In this document: positions 19,793 to 28,869 of the stretch, one piece after another
Position numbering within the stretch: the first letter of the stretch is position 1
Layout of the letters: each line of letters starts with the position of its first letter
Virus record (IMG/VR): IMGVR_UViG_3300031857_000254
Span: 1 to 53,562 of that record
DNA: 53,562 bases
DNA from: a virus
Lineage: Duplodnaviria; Caudoviricetes
Reading direction: 5' to 3' (one strand)
Notes under the pieces: generated by a model
Told to the model about the DNA's origin: nothing
The model's database searches: none
Seen by the model: only the letters and a program-made list of their open reading frames with translations
Position numbers and translations under genes: made by a program

Positions 19793-20727
19793 CAGGTAAT
19801 CCTTACTGTAGTGTAGCCAGAACGCTTGCCCGTCAGGGTGCCAACCATGTCAGCCGTGATTTCCTTGCCGGGATTATCAGCAACCACACTGATCGACATC
19901 TTATGTTCTCCGCACTTCACGGAAGCCTTGTCCTTCGATGTGTTCATAAGCTCCAGCTTTGCACGGGCCTTCATCAAGATCTCAGCCTTAGCCTCGTCGG
20001 CGCGGGCAGCTGCATACTTCTCGTCTTGCTTGGCAGTCTTATATTCCAAGAAGAGCAGCGCGTCTCCGTCATCGAGCACGACATCGCTCTTAGGCAGCGT
20101 GCCCATGAGCTTGGTGATAGCGCCCACGTCGGTCGTGTAATCCGGCTCAGGCTCCTTGCCTTCAGCAATCGACTGCCAGAACGATGTAATCTCATGCTTG
20201 ATTGCATCAATGATGTTGTCGTTGCGCGGGATCTTCATGCGGCGCGGCTCGTCATCGATCAGGGCAACAAGCCATGCGTGATCCGAAGTCGTGCAAGCCA
20301 GCTGGTGCTGCACCTGAAGCAGATAGTTCTCAGGCGCTTCGTCAATCTCTTCGCCATTGTAGTGCCAGCCATAGCCACGGGCAGACCATTTGATCTCCAC
20401 AGGTGCGCCGCCTGCCGTGATGTAATCGAACGATGCACCCATACCGGGGCAGTCATCGACCGTGTAATAGTCACTGACCTTACCAAGATCCATCGACCAA
20501 CGGTGCGACGCCCAGTTTGCAATGCCACTCTCAAGGAATGTCCCAGCTTGCACAGCCTTGTTGCCAGAGATGTCCTCCGGCGGCAGCTTGCCAGCCTTCT
20601 CCATCCACAGTTGCCAGCGGCTCGAATAGGGCGACAGCCCAAACAACGCAGCAACATCGCTCCCACCAACGTGCTGAGAACGCAACTCGTGCCAGTGCTT
20701 CTGGTCACGTACTTGTATAATAGCCAT
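19792..20727 (-). CDS. YqaJ/lambda-exonuclease family nuclease
   Basis: WHELR..VGGSDVAALFGLSPY, G..LE, ASFD, VEIK, YLLQVQHQL. Confidence 0.9.
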   Translation of the reverse strand: MAIIQVRDQKHWHELRSQHVGGSDVAALFGLSPYSSRWQLWMEKAGKLPPEDISGNKAVQAGTFLESGIANWASHRWSMDLGKVSDYYTVDDCPGMGASFDYITAGGAPVEIKWSARGYGWHYNGEEIDEAPENYLLQVQHQLACTTSDHAWLVALIDDEPRRMKIPRNDNIIDAIKHEITSFWQSIAEGKEPEPDYTTDVGAITKLMGTLPKSDVVLDDGDALLFLEYKTAKQDEKYAAARADEAKAEILMKARAKLELMNTSKDKASVKCGEHKMSISVVADNPGKEITADMVGTLTGKRSGYTTVRIT

Positions 20728-20744
20728 TTATTTTCTCCGGTTAC

Positions 20745-20800
20745 TGGCCGTATACAGTCGGCCTACATTGTGTATACAGATGTCTACGGAGTTATGTCAA
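20745..20800 (-). promoter_or_regulatory. Putative sigma70 promoter with direct-repeat operator for the recombination operon
   Basis: Minus strand TTGACA-18-TATACA; two GTAG-N4/5-CTGTATAC repeats; GGAG RBS downstream. Confidence 0.5.
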
Positions 20801-21107
20801 GTCCCTTGTAAACATCTTCAACAGATCGCGCCAACACGTATATTCCACCGCGTTTTTCCCATGCGCTCTGCCATGCTGCCTGCGCAAGCCGCTGCTTTCC
20901 CTTCTCGGTCTTGACCTCGATAGCAAACGCTCGGCCCGGTGACATGACGCCAAGCAGGTCGGGTGTCCCCTCAGGCGCGGACTGGATGACACGGGCTCCG
21001 CCATCGAGCGGTCGGAACTTACCGACGTTGATCCGGAACATCATGATGTCCTGCCTCTGGCCCAGTGCAAGACGAATCGCCTGCTGGATTGCAGCTTCAC
21101 TGCTCAT
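20784..21107 (-). CDS. VRR-NUC domain nuclease
   Basis: E..IQ..I, FRINVG, GTPDL, AIEVK..GKQR..Q..W..GG. Confidence 0.85.
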   Translation of the reverse strand: MSSEAAIQQAIRLALGQRQDIMMFRINVGKFRPLDGGARVIQSAPEGTPDLLGVMSPGRAFAIEVKTEKGKQRLAQAAWQSAWEKRGGIYVLARSVEDVYKGLDITP

Positions 21108-21328
21108 TGCAGGGTTAGCTCCTGTCCGTCATTGTCCAGCTGCTCAAGCACAGCCTCAGTCGCGGCCATCATGGCGGCGAAGCATTGCCGGTGATCAATC
21201 ACATCAATCTTCCGATCTTCATGCCACTGATCCAGCACATGCAACATCTCGAATGTCAGCGCATGGATCAGGGACAGCGGCACAACTACCGAATGGAACT
21301 CTGTTTCGTTCCCATCGTCATCTTCCAT
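21104..21328 (-). CDS. Hypothetical protein
   Basis: 74 aa from ATG 21328 with upstream GAGG; acidic. Confidence 0.6.
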   Translation of the reverse strand: MEDDDGNETEFHSVVVPLSLIHALTFEMLHVLDQWHEDRKIDVIDHRQCFAAMMAATEAVLEQLDNDGQELTLQ

Positions 21329-22776
21329 ATCGAAGCCCTCTCTTCTGCCGTCAGGCCGTTGGTTGTCTGAGCATCGCGCATACCCACCTTCTTGGCAAGG
21401 CGTGATGCCTCTTGCCCGCAGATAACATTGAATGCCCATTGCGTCGGGTTATTGTAGCCGCGCTTGCGGGCCACGCTGGTGAGGACGCGGAACTTCTTCT
21501 GCATCATCCCCTCTATGGTTTCAGTTTCAGGATCACCCTCGCGGCGTGTGACAACCAGATCGCCATCCACATGCTTCACTTTTCTGGCCGTGATAGGATA
21601 GACATGGCCGCACATGGGGCAGGTAGGTGTCGGCTTGTGGACCGCGAAGCAGGCAGTGCATGTCCGAACGGATACAACCTTTTCTCCACTCTTGCCGCGA
21701 TTCGCAACGAACCCATCAGCAAGGCTCCAATCCCGCTCATCGTCAATGAACCCATGCCTTGCGGTGTTGCCGGCATGATCAAGGATGATCGTCCTCTCCT
21801 TGTCAGGGTGCGGCCTGATTGCTCGACCGCATTGCTGCAGGAACAGGCCAAGGGATTTCGTCGGGCGCAGTAGGATCGCGACCTCAACGGACGGAAGATC
21901 GAAGCCCTCGCTCACCAGATCGCAGCTCGTCAGGATCTGAATCCGGTCTTCCTCGAAGGCTTTCAGAACAGCATCCCGCTCAGTATCATCCATGCCGCCA
22001 TCGATGTGGCTGGCTGCATAGCCAGAGACACGGAAGTCTTCGGCCACATCCTTGGCGTGCTTAACGCTCACGCAGAACGCGATTGCCTTCTTGCCCGGCG
22101 CGTATTTACCATAGTGCTTGACCGCGCTGCCAGTGATGATCGGCTTGTCCATCGCGTCTTCGAGCTGCTTGGATACGTAATCGCCCATGCGCGTACCAAC
22201 AGAGCCAAGATCAGGTGCGCTTGGTGCATAGACCACAGCGTGCGACAGGAAGCCCTGTGCGGTCAGCTCTGCGACTGTAGGGCCCATCACCATATCATCG
22301 AACATCTGGCCCATGCCTTTGCCGTCAAGGCGCTCAGGCGTAGCCGTAACGCCCAGCACACGGGCAGAGGGGAAGCCAGCCACGACCTTGCCCCAGCTGC
22401 TGTCAGGGGTGAAGTGATGCGCCTCGTCGCCAATGATCAGGTCGAACGGCTTCATCATCTTCATGCGCCGCACCAGCGTGAACACGGATGCCACCACGAC
22501 ATTGGCAATAGGAATACCCGGCGTCCCGCCAGATAGGACAGCATGACGCACGCCCACCTTCTTCAGCGCGCCGCTGATTTGCTTGAGCAGCTCGCGCCTG
22601 TGCGCCACGATTAGGATGCGCTTGTTATTCTTCGCCATGCCTGCCGCGATGTAGCTGAAGATCACCGTCTTGCCCGATCCCGTAGGGGAAACGAGCAGGG
22701 TTTTCTTGTGCCCATTGCGAAAGCTGTCGCGCACAGCCTGAACGGCTGATTCTTGATAGTCTCTAAGCTGAACCAT
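21286..22776 (-). CDS. Superfamily 2 DEAD/DEAH-box helicase with C-terminal Zn ribbon
   Basis: LRDYQ, SPTGSGKT, DEAHH, TATP, EGFD, QQCGRAIR, CxxC..CxxC; AAGGA RBS before ATG 22776. Confidence 0.93.
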   Translation of the reverse strand: MVQLRDYQESAVQAVRDSFRNGHKKTLLVSPTGSGKTVIFSYIAAGMAKNNKRILIVAHRRELLKQISGALKKVGVRHAVLSGGTPGIPIANVVVASVFTLVRRMKMMKPFDLIIGDEAHHFTPDSSWGKVVAGFPSARVLGVTATPERLDGKGMGQMFDDMVMGPTVAELTAQGFLSHAVVYAPSAPDLGSVGTRMGDYVSKQLEDAMDKPIITGSAVKHYGKYAPGKKAIAFCVSVKHAKDVAEDFRVSGYAASHIDGGMDDTERDAVLKAFEEDRIQILTSCDLVSEGFDLPSVEVAILLRPTKSLGLFLQQCGRAIRPHPDKERTIILDHAGNTARHGFIDDERDWSLADGFVANRGKSGEKVVSVRTCTACFAVHKPTPTCPMCGHVYPITARKVKHVDGDLVVTRREGDPETETIEGMMQKKFRVLTSVARKRGYNNPTQWAFNVICGQEASRLAKKVGMRDAQTTNGLTAEERASIWKMTMGTKQSSIR

Positions 22777-22862
22777 AGATTTCCTTATGTGGCAGACTAT
22801 CTTCGCCCCGGCCTGCCAGCAGGGTTCCAAAGTGCCTTAACGACACGACCGAAGCTGATCCG

Positions 22863-23396
22863 TCACTCTGCCCGCCATACCTGCGTTGATGTCGCAATGT
22901 CGGTAGGCCAGCCGCTGTCCTCAGTGAAGCTACGCTCCTCGAACAGAACCATATTCGTCGGCCTTATCAGCAGGCGATCACCCGTCGTTCGCATGAACAT
23001 GAACTCCTTGCTCTGGTCTGGCGCTGCGCTGAACCCATCGCTGTGCGGGCAGGCAGTGAACAGGCAGGTCGCTCGGTCATCGCTGCCATCGTAACGCGCC
23101 TCAAGGTTTGCCAGATATTCATAGCGGATAACATCGAACTCAGTGCCGTAGCAGTCCCAGACCTGCGCCTTCTCCAACGGCCAGTAAACATCTGGTTTGT
23201 CAGAGAACGCCAGTGCATGAGGCGGCACGTTCCGATAGACCGCGCCACATTCCAGCATGAGGTGACAACCCCACGCCCGGTCAGGCTCGGATCTCAGGGC
23301 GAACCAAACAGCAGGCTCGAAACCTTTGCCATCCCTGCGAATGAATGCGCTGTCCACATAAACGTAAAGATGGTTTGGTAGGTTTCTGCTGCTCAT
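22863..23396 (-). CDS. Hypothetical protein
   Basis: 177 aa; GAVYRNVPPHAL, QVWDCY; ATGA-coupled. Confidence 0.75.
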   Translation of the reverse strand: MSSRNLPNHLYVYVDSAFIRRDGKGFEPAVWFALRSEPDRAWGCHLMLECGAVYRNVPPHALAFSDKPDVYWPLEKAQVWDCYGTEFDVIRYEYLANLEARYDGSDDRATCLFTACPHSDGFSAAPDQSKEFMFMRTTGDRLLIRPTNMVLFEERSFTEDSGWPTDIATSTQVWRAE

Positions 23397-23593
23397 CTAA
23401 CCCTCATGATACGGATAGTGTCGCCCTTGGCGGTGGTCGCATAATGCCGATCCGTCCGCTCGTTTTGATTGTGCGCAGCGCGACGGATTCGTCTTTTGTC
23501 AGCGGCCTCCGGTGCATCAAACGTGCGAATATCACCGACTTCCATTGAGCTTAGGTTATACTTTGAACTGCGGATGTCAAAATCTGATGTCAT
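23393..23593 (-). CDS. Small basic protein (DUF7303-like)
   Basis: SKYNLSSMEVGD..IRIMRVR; paralogue of 24559-24786. Confidence 0.6.
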   Translation of the reverse strand: MTSDFDIRSSKYNLSSMEVGDIRTFDAPEAADKRRIRRAAHNQNERTDRHYATTAKGDTIRIMRVR

Positions 23594-23654
23594 CTATTTC
23601 CCATTCATAAATATCCCAGCCGAAATTATCGAACAGGAATTGGCGCAGGGTCAC
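23577..23654 (-). CDS. Tiny 25-aa ORF
   Basis: MTLRQFLFDNFGWDIYEWEIDDIRF; GTGA overlap with upstream stop. Confidence 0.4.
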   Translation of the reverse strand: MTLRQFLFDNFGWDIYEWEIDDIRF

Positions 23655-23947
23655 TGCGCTTGCTCCCTCAAACGCGCCTCAAAGAACTGATGCAGTGCCT
23701 TGAGCAACGCATTGGATCCATCTCTTGCATCGATGTAGCGCTTGTTGTCAGGCTCACTGCTCACTGGAGTGGTCGCGGTATTCCGGGAAACATATGACTT
23801 CTTCGGCACCTCAGCACTGCGCCTGCTGATCTGCTTACGCAGATTAGAAACACGCCGCACATCAACACCGTGATAGGATGCGATATACTTATCGTCGGTT
23901 ATGTATCCAATCGTGCGGATGATTTCTCTGTCGCTCACTGTTCCCAA
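23651..23947 (-). CDS. Hypothetical protein, possible HTH
   Basis: DDKYIASYHGVDVRRVSNLR; start may be GTG 23938. Confidence 0.6.
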   Translation of the reverse strand: MGTVSDREIIRTIGYITDDKYIASYHGVDVRRVSNLRKQISRRSAEVPKKSYVSRNTATTPVSSEPDNKRYIDARDGSNALLKALHQFFEARLREQAQ

Positions 23948-24003
23948 TCCCCATATCCATCAAACAGGCGCGTCAACACCCAGTCGATTAAGCATTTAAT
24001 CAC
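23935..24003 (-). CDS. Tiny 22-aa ORF
   Basis: MIKCLIDWVLTRLFDGYGDWEQ; bridges two genes by overlaps. Confidence 0.35.
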   Translation of the reverse strand: MIKCLIDWVLTRLFDGYGDWEQ

Positions 24004-24178
24004 ATTCGATCTCGCGGGTCGCCGTCCATACGAAGGGCATGTAGCAGATGTCCTCGCCGTCCTTGGTCACGCTCCAGCCGAACAGGTAACCAGTATCGCC
24101 AACAAGTTTAGCTGCTGCTGCCGGAGCCGCTGCGCCTGCAGCCAACCCAATCATAAATCCAATCGCCAACTTTTTCAT
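23996..24178 (-). CDS. Small secreted protein with signal peptide
   Basis: MKKLAIGFMIGLAAGAAAPAAA signal-like N-terminus; two Cys in the mature part; GGAGG RBS. Confidence 0.65.
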   Translation of the reverse strand: MKKLAIGFMIGLAAGAAAPAAAAKLVGDTGYLFGWSVTKDGEDICYMPFVWTATREIECD

Positions 24179-24381
24179 TTCGATTCCTCCTTTATTTTTC
24201 GCAACAATGAACGCAGCTCCATTAAGGAGCTAAAGATACTCGGCGTTACCCGCACATCATTTTCCATGCAGAACTCAACGAAGCGGCTATGGATGTCGAT
24301 GCGCCCTTGGATTATACCCACAATACGGGCGCGCTCTTCCTCTGCCTCAGTCACTCCACGGAATCCTTCATATGGACGCAC
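24175..24381 (-). CDS. Hypothetical protein
   Basis: 68 aa, coupled ORF. Confidence 0.55.
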   Translation of the reverse strand: MRPYEGFRGVTEAEEERARIVGIIQGRIDIHSRFVEFCMENDVRVTPSIFSSLMELRSLLRKIKEESK

Positions 24382-24566
24382 TCCTCGATCTGTATGCTGA
24401 TCAAGTCGCTTATCACTGTGGCAACGTCATCACGCAGCCACGCCACGATGCGGGCGCGTTCGATCTCCGCGCCTCGTTCCATAGCGCGCTCAAGAAATTG
24501 CGGTAGATTGTGGCCGGACACATACAGCTGCCCGTCAATGTCCATTGCCTCGACTATATCACTCAT
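24351..24566 (-). CDS. Hypothetical protein
   Basis: 71 aa from ATG 24566; ERARIVAWLR. Confidence 0.55.
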   Translation of the reverse strand: MSDIVEAMDIDGQLYVSGHNLPQFLERAMERGAEIERARIVAWLRDDVATVISDLISIQIEECVHMKDSVE

Positions 24567-24786
24567 AGCGCCAGACCCGGACGCCACCTTCGGACTCACG
24601 GGCAATGAACTTCTTGCCGTTGCGACGGCCAGCGTGAGACGCAGTGCTGCTCATTGAGCGAAGCGCAACATCCTTCACAAAGAAGCTCTGGCCCACATCC
24701 AGCTGCGACCAAGGGTATTTTTCTCGGCGTCCACTATGCTGCCGCGCAGCAGGAATCGCATGTTCATCTTCAATTTCAAAACTCAT
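24559..24786 (-). CDS. DUF7303-like putative DNA-binding protein
   Basis: KYPWSQLDVGQSFFV..GVRVWR; GGAG RBS. Confidence 0.75.
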   Translation of the reverse strand: MSFEIEDEHAIPAARQHSGRREKYPWSQLDVGQSFFVKDVALRSMSSTASHAGRRNGKKFIARESEGGVRVWRYE

Positions 24787-24839
24787 ATCATTCTCCGGTT
24801 GTTTTTATCAATCTCGCACATTCATCACTGTAATTCAAC

Positions 24840-25007
24840 TCAGAAATTACGGCGACGACGCTCTTCTTTCAACAGTCTTTCAGCAGTATCCAAGCTGATA
24901 CCAAACGCCGCAGAAACTTGATGCGGACGCTTGCCCAGAAGCGTAGTGTCCGGCCAATCGCGGATGATCTGGAAGGCTAATTCAGTGCCTTCGTGTTTAT
25001 TCTTCAT
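24840..25007 (-). CDS. Small HTH-like protein
   Basis: PHQVSAAFGISLDTAERLL; ATGA-coupled to primase stop. Confidence 0.55.
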   Translation of the reverse strand: MKNKHEGTELAFQIIRDWPDTTLLGKRPHQVSAAFGISLDTAERLLKEERRRRNF

Positions 25008-27418
25008 TCCCATAGTCCTACTGGCCACTCCTGTTTAGGTAGATAAATCGCTCGTGAAGTCGCGCCCCCGAAGCGAACACTCTCGGTGCTCTTCTTGGCG
25101 TATGGGTGGCGCAGCAAGACACCAGCCCAGCCCTCGAAATAGACAGACGTTTGCATGATCCGGTTCATCGGCTGGATGCTCTGGCCTATCCATACTCCTA
25201 CGACATTCCCATATTCACGTTCGATCTTCATTCCATAACGGGAAAGCGTGGACTCTGCCACTTTCAACCGAACGTCCGTCGTGTCATCGCGGGTAAAGCA
25301 AACTATCAGCAGCTCGCCAATCGTCCGCTCCTGTGCGCCGTGAACAGTCTCAACGCGGATCATGCTCCCCACGATGTGATGCAGCAGCGATATGTCCTCG
25401 CGCTCCGACTTCACCTGCAGGAACTCATCTAGGTTCACCGTGTTCAGGTATTTCTCGCACTGCTTCATGTCCAAACGCTTCGTGCTATACAGGCTATAGC
25501 AGCCAGCCATCAGCGTCCCCAGCTGGTCGCCAATGCGTCGGTTCGCCAGCACAGTAGCAATCGTTTCCTTGAATATCTCCACGTTGTGACGCAGCGTAAA
25601 TATGTTATGCAACTGCCGTGCCAACAGGCGCTGCGGCATATCCTGCGGTATCTCCGATGCAAGGCTCAGGAAGTCCTTGAACTCCTGCTCCTTCTTCTTC
25701 CGCTCGTCATGGCTGTAACTGTCCAGCGGCTTGATCGTCAGCACTGCCGTTCTCGTAAGGTCAGCTGCTTCCTTCAGGCCAACACCAATCGATGACATCA
25801 GGAACGACGACCGCATCGTAAACGCCTGTGCGCTATGGTTCGCCGACCCCTTCAGAATGCGGCCACGCCCCTCGCTCGAAGCCTGCCGCATCAGATCCAG
25901 AACCGCCTTGCGCCGCGCCTCGGCCTGCATCTTCTGCTTATCGTCAGCCTCGCTCTCATCGAACACCACTGGCATAGCATCATTACGCACCACCTGACGG
26001 ATGCCAGCCTCGGTCGTTGCCCCTAATGGATAGATAGCCAAGTCCCCAAGGCACGCGCCCGCAATCTCATTGACCACTGTCGATTTACCCGAACCCTGAT
26101 TGCCTGTAACCCAAGCGTGCGTCCGCCACTGCAGACCACCGCAAACTACCGCCGTCGCAATCCAGCCAGCCAATAGGTCGCCATAGATCGGCGCATCCCA
26201 GCGCACCTTGTTGCACAGCTCACGGATCATGCGGCCATCGTCATCGCTGGCCCGTGTGTTATAGTCGTCCACATCCAAGATCAGGTCGGCGTTCTTCTCG
26301 TAAATCCAGCGGCTCTTGAACCGAACAAACGGAATCTCCCGTGTCGCACCACCAGACCGACTGACCACCAGCTTACTGCCCGTGTTCATCACTGCCCGCT
26401 CGACGTTATCGTCAGCCTTATCAATCCAGATGCCGCGCCCACGCAGGCGCTTCGGATCATAGACGCCAAGCTCATGGCAACGATCCATGATAGTAATCCC
26501 AGACTGTATCCAGTCCACGCCCTTGCCGTCCGGCTTGCCTTGCTGGCCGCCCCAGTAGGTCGGGTCGCCATAGATATTCATGCAGCCCTTCTGGCTCATC
26601 AGGCGGTCGGGATCGAACACATCCACCTGCTCCCGTTGCTGCGTCATCAGCATATATTTCATGTGATCATAGCCCAGCGGTCGCCACTCACGCTCCGCAT
26701 CCTCGTCGTAGTCAATGACCTTCTTCTCTTTCACAGGCTCCGGCGCGTCCGGTGTAGCCACAGCAGCACGCTTCAGCTCCCGCCGCAGCAGGCCCGTGAT
26801 ATTCTCCGGCTTTACCTTCGCTGGCAGCTCGTCGCCCAAGTCCCAGCCATCAGGAAACGCAGGGCTCAGCCCCACAATCGAAACCGGAACAGCGTGACGC
26901 GCCAGAATAGCCTGTATCTCCATCGCAGCCTGCGCCCCAGCGCCATCATTATCCGGCCAGACAACAACACTGTGACCCTCAAGCACAGCCCAGCTACTCT
27001 GATCCACAGCGTTCGCGCCACCCTGCCACGTCGCAACAACCCAACCCTCAGGCAGATACTGCTGCGCTGCATCCGCAGCCTTCTCACCCTCGACAATCAG
27101 CACAGGCGAGTTCGGCGCGGACGCAATCATGTCGCTGTTATACAACGGACGGCCAGTCCCAAACCCAGAGGTCAGAAACTTCTTTCCGTCCCAAACAATC
27201 GGTCGGATTTCTTTGCGCTTCCCTTCAGGGTTCCAGCGTGCCACCGCACCAAAGGCAGAGCCATCAGCAAGGCGGTATATCCACATCGAGTCCGGCTCAC
27301 CGCCCAGTGCAGCCTTCAACTTCGCAGGAACCTCAATCGGCTCTGGCATGGGTGTGACTATGCTCGGTGTGTCCGTTATGTCCTCGGCCTTAACCGCCGT
27401 CAGGTCTATCTTACGCAT
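25004..27418 (-). CDS. TOPRIM primase fused to a P-loop helicase
   Basis: VEGEKAAD, WPDND, GWDLGD TOPRIM motifs; GNQGSGKS Walker A; FDESE Walker B. Confidence 0.88.
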   Translation of the reverse strand: MRKIDLTAVKAEDITDTPSIVTPMPEPIEVPAKLKAALGGEPDSMWIYRLADGSAFGAVARWNPEGKRKEIRPIVWDGKKFLTSGFGTGRPLYNSDMIASAPNSPVLIVEGEKAADAAQQYLPEGWVVATWQGGANAVDQSSWAVLEGHSVVVWPDNDGAGAQAAMEIQAILARHAVPVSIVGLSPAFPDGWDLGDELPAKVKPENITGLLRRELKRAAVATPDAPEPVKEKKVIDYDEDAEREWRPLGYDHMKYMLMTQQREQVDVFDPDRLMSQKGCMNIYGDPTYWGGQQGKPDGKGVDWIQSGITIMDRCHELGVYDPKRLRGRGIWIDKADDNVERAVMNTGSKLVVSRSGGATREIPFVRFKSRWIYEKNADLILDVDDYNTRASDDDGRMIRELCNKVRWDAPIYGDLLAGWIATAVVCGGLQWRTHAWVTGNQGSGKSTVVNEIAGACLGDLAIYPLGATTEAGIRQVVRNDAMPVVFDESEADDKQKMQAEARRKAVLDLMRQASSEGRGRILKGSANHSAQAFTMRSSFLMSSIGVGLKEAADLTRTAVLTIKPLDSYSHDERKKKEQEFKDFLSLASEIPQDMPQRLLARQLHNIFTLRHNVEIFKETIATVLANRRIGDQLGTLMAGCYSLYSTKRLDMKQCEKYLNTVNLDEFLQVKSEREDISLLHHIVGSMIRVETVHGAQERTIGELLIVCFTRDDTTDVRLKVAESTLSRYGMKIEREYGNVVGVWIGQSIQPMNRIMQTSVYFEGWAGVLLRHPYAKKSTESVRFGGATSRAIYLPKQEWPVGLWE

Positions 27419-27803
27419 GGTTCATGCCCAGCATATCTGCGAATCCTTTTAATGTTTCATGCAGGCTATCCCCGAATAGCCTCATAGACAGGTCGATCAT
27501 GTCGCCATGTTCCCCAGTCGCAAAATCTTTCCAACGCCCCGTGCTAAGCGAAACGCCCAGCGAAGCACTGCGATCCTCGCGCCACGGAGTGCGGCAGACA
27601 AACCACCCACCCTGCCGCTTGCCATCCGGCAGCCAAGCCTTGCACAGTGCCTCGATGTGTGTGGAACTCAAGCGATCCTTGATGTCGCTTATAGATATTG
27701 ACCGGAGATTGACGGCCTTGCCAGCGGCGGGGAAAGGAGGCCGCTCGCTGGAAGCTATGTGGTTTTTAGGCAAGCCTTGGACATTGCCACATTTTCCGGT
27801 CAT
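27411..27803 (-). CDS. Stand-alone primase zinc-binding-domain-like protein
   Basis: PWREDRSASLGVSLSTGRWKDFATGEHGDMIDL resembles CHC2/DnaG N-terminal domain with ligands degenerate. Confidence 0.7.
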   Translation of the reverse strand: MTGKCGNVQGLPKNHIASSERPPFPAAGKAVNLRSISISDIKDRLSSTHIEALCKAWLPDGKRQGGWFVCRTPWREDRSASLGVSLSTGRWKDFATGEHGDMIDLSMRLFGDSLHETLKGFADMLGMNHA

Positions 27804-27807
27804 GTTG

Positions 27808-27836
27808 TTAATACCTTTCTAAAATCGCGCCGTCAA
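27808..27836 (-). promoter_or_regulatory. Putative sigma70 promoter for the replication operon
   Basis: Minus strand TTGACG-17-TATTAA. Confidence 0.6.
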
Positions 27837-27882
27837 ACGCACAAACACTAATGCTTGCATACGGAACCGAAACTTACAAGCC

Positions 27883-28212
27883 TTAACTCTCGCTGTCGTA
27901 AACGCCTCCGACAAAACTATATCGGTGGAAGCGTATCGGAATAGCCTCGGTGCGATACACCTTTCCCGCTGCATCCTTCCATTTCCCATGCTTGTCCAGC
28001 CGGATACGGAACGTCAGTGCTTGCGGGTCAGGTGCTATCGTCCAGTCCTGCTCTTCCTCATTCGTGCAATGGCCCATGATCATGGCCGGACGCCAACCTT
28101 TCTTCAGGTCAGCCGCCATCTCCCGAATCACAAGCTCGTGCCCGCTTATCACCTCGACCACCTCGAAGGGAAGAGTCCCCTTCTCCTCATAGCGGTTCGC
28201 ATAGCCCAGCAT
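27883..28212 (-). CDS. Hypothetical protein
   Basis: 109 aa; PFEVVEVIS..IREM..EQDW..IRL. Confidence 0.7.
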   Translation of the reverse strand: MLGYANRYEEKGTLPFEVVEVISGHELVIREMAADLKKGWRPAMIMGHCTNEEEQDWTIAPDPQALTFRIRLDKHGKWKDAAGKVYRTEAIPIRFHRYSFVGGVYDSES

Positions 28213-28406
28213 TACGCAGCGTCGCCCAGCCTCGCACGCACAGCCTGCCTCAACATTAGCGCCGTGAAGCCCCAGACCTTAGTCGCCAAGCTATACGCCT
28301 TCACCAGCTCCTTGATCTCACCATCAATCTCTTGCAGCCTACGCGCCGCCCTATCACGTTCACTAAAGGCATCGCGTGCCTTCAGTATAACTTCGGTATC
28401 AGTCAT
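28212..28406 (-). CDS. Hypothetical protein
   Basis: 64 aa helical, coupled. Confidence 0.65.
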   Translation of the reverse strand: MTDTEVILKARDAFSERDRAARRLQEIDGEIKELVKAYSLATKVWGFTALMLRQAVRARLGDAA

Positions 28407-28684
28407 CCCACAATCTCCAAAATCTCCGGCTTGTCCGTGCAGTCCGCGACCACCTCGTCAGCGTCATTGCCGTAGACCAGATAAATAGAACCAATCCGCT
28501 TGCGGTCAGCGTTCGCCACCTGCAGCCACTCTTCGTCGCAGTGCCCCAGCTCGACCATCACCGCTTCAGGGTCATCGCTGTGCATGATAGGATATTCCTC
28601 GCCGTCAAACACCGACAACAAATAGCCCTTGTCCAGAGCGCGCCCCACTATCTGTTTCACCACGAATCGTTCTTCCGTGTTCAT
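28403..28684 (-). CDS. Hypothetical protein
   Basis: 93 aa; GY..SVFDGEE..LVYGND..VVADC; GAGG RBS. Confidence 0.7.
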   Translation of the reverse strand: MNTEERFVVKQIVGRALDKGYLLSVFDGEEYPIMHSDDPEAVMVELGHCDEEWLQVANADRKRIGSIYLVYGNDADEVVADCTDKPEILEIVG

Positions 28685-28869
28685 CTCTTCCTCCTCGGCT
28701 CTCTGCGGCCATACTCAACCAGCGTGTCAAACGCCGTGTAATAGTCATCCCATAAAGACGGGTCGATATACGGGCTGTCATCCCCATTAACGTGTTCATC
28801 AATCGAATTGACAAGCAAATCCAGCACATCGAGCAGCTCACCTGCGTCTGCTGCGTCTAGCTCTCTCAT
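28681..28869 (-). CDS. Hypothetical protein
   Basis: 62 aa acidic; GAGG RBS; coupled. Confidence 0.6.
   Translation of the reverse strand: MRELDAADAGELLDVLDLLVNSIDEHVNGDDSPYIDPSLWDDYYTAFDTLVEYGRREPRRKR

Noticed and set aside
20745-20790. LexA/SOS box
   Set aside because: CTGTAT half-sites are direct repeats and fit neither CTGT-N8-ACAG nor GTTC-N7-GTTC
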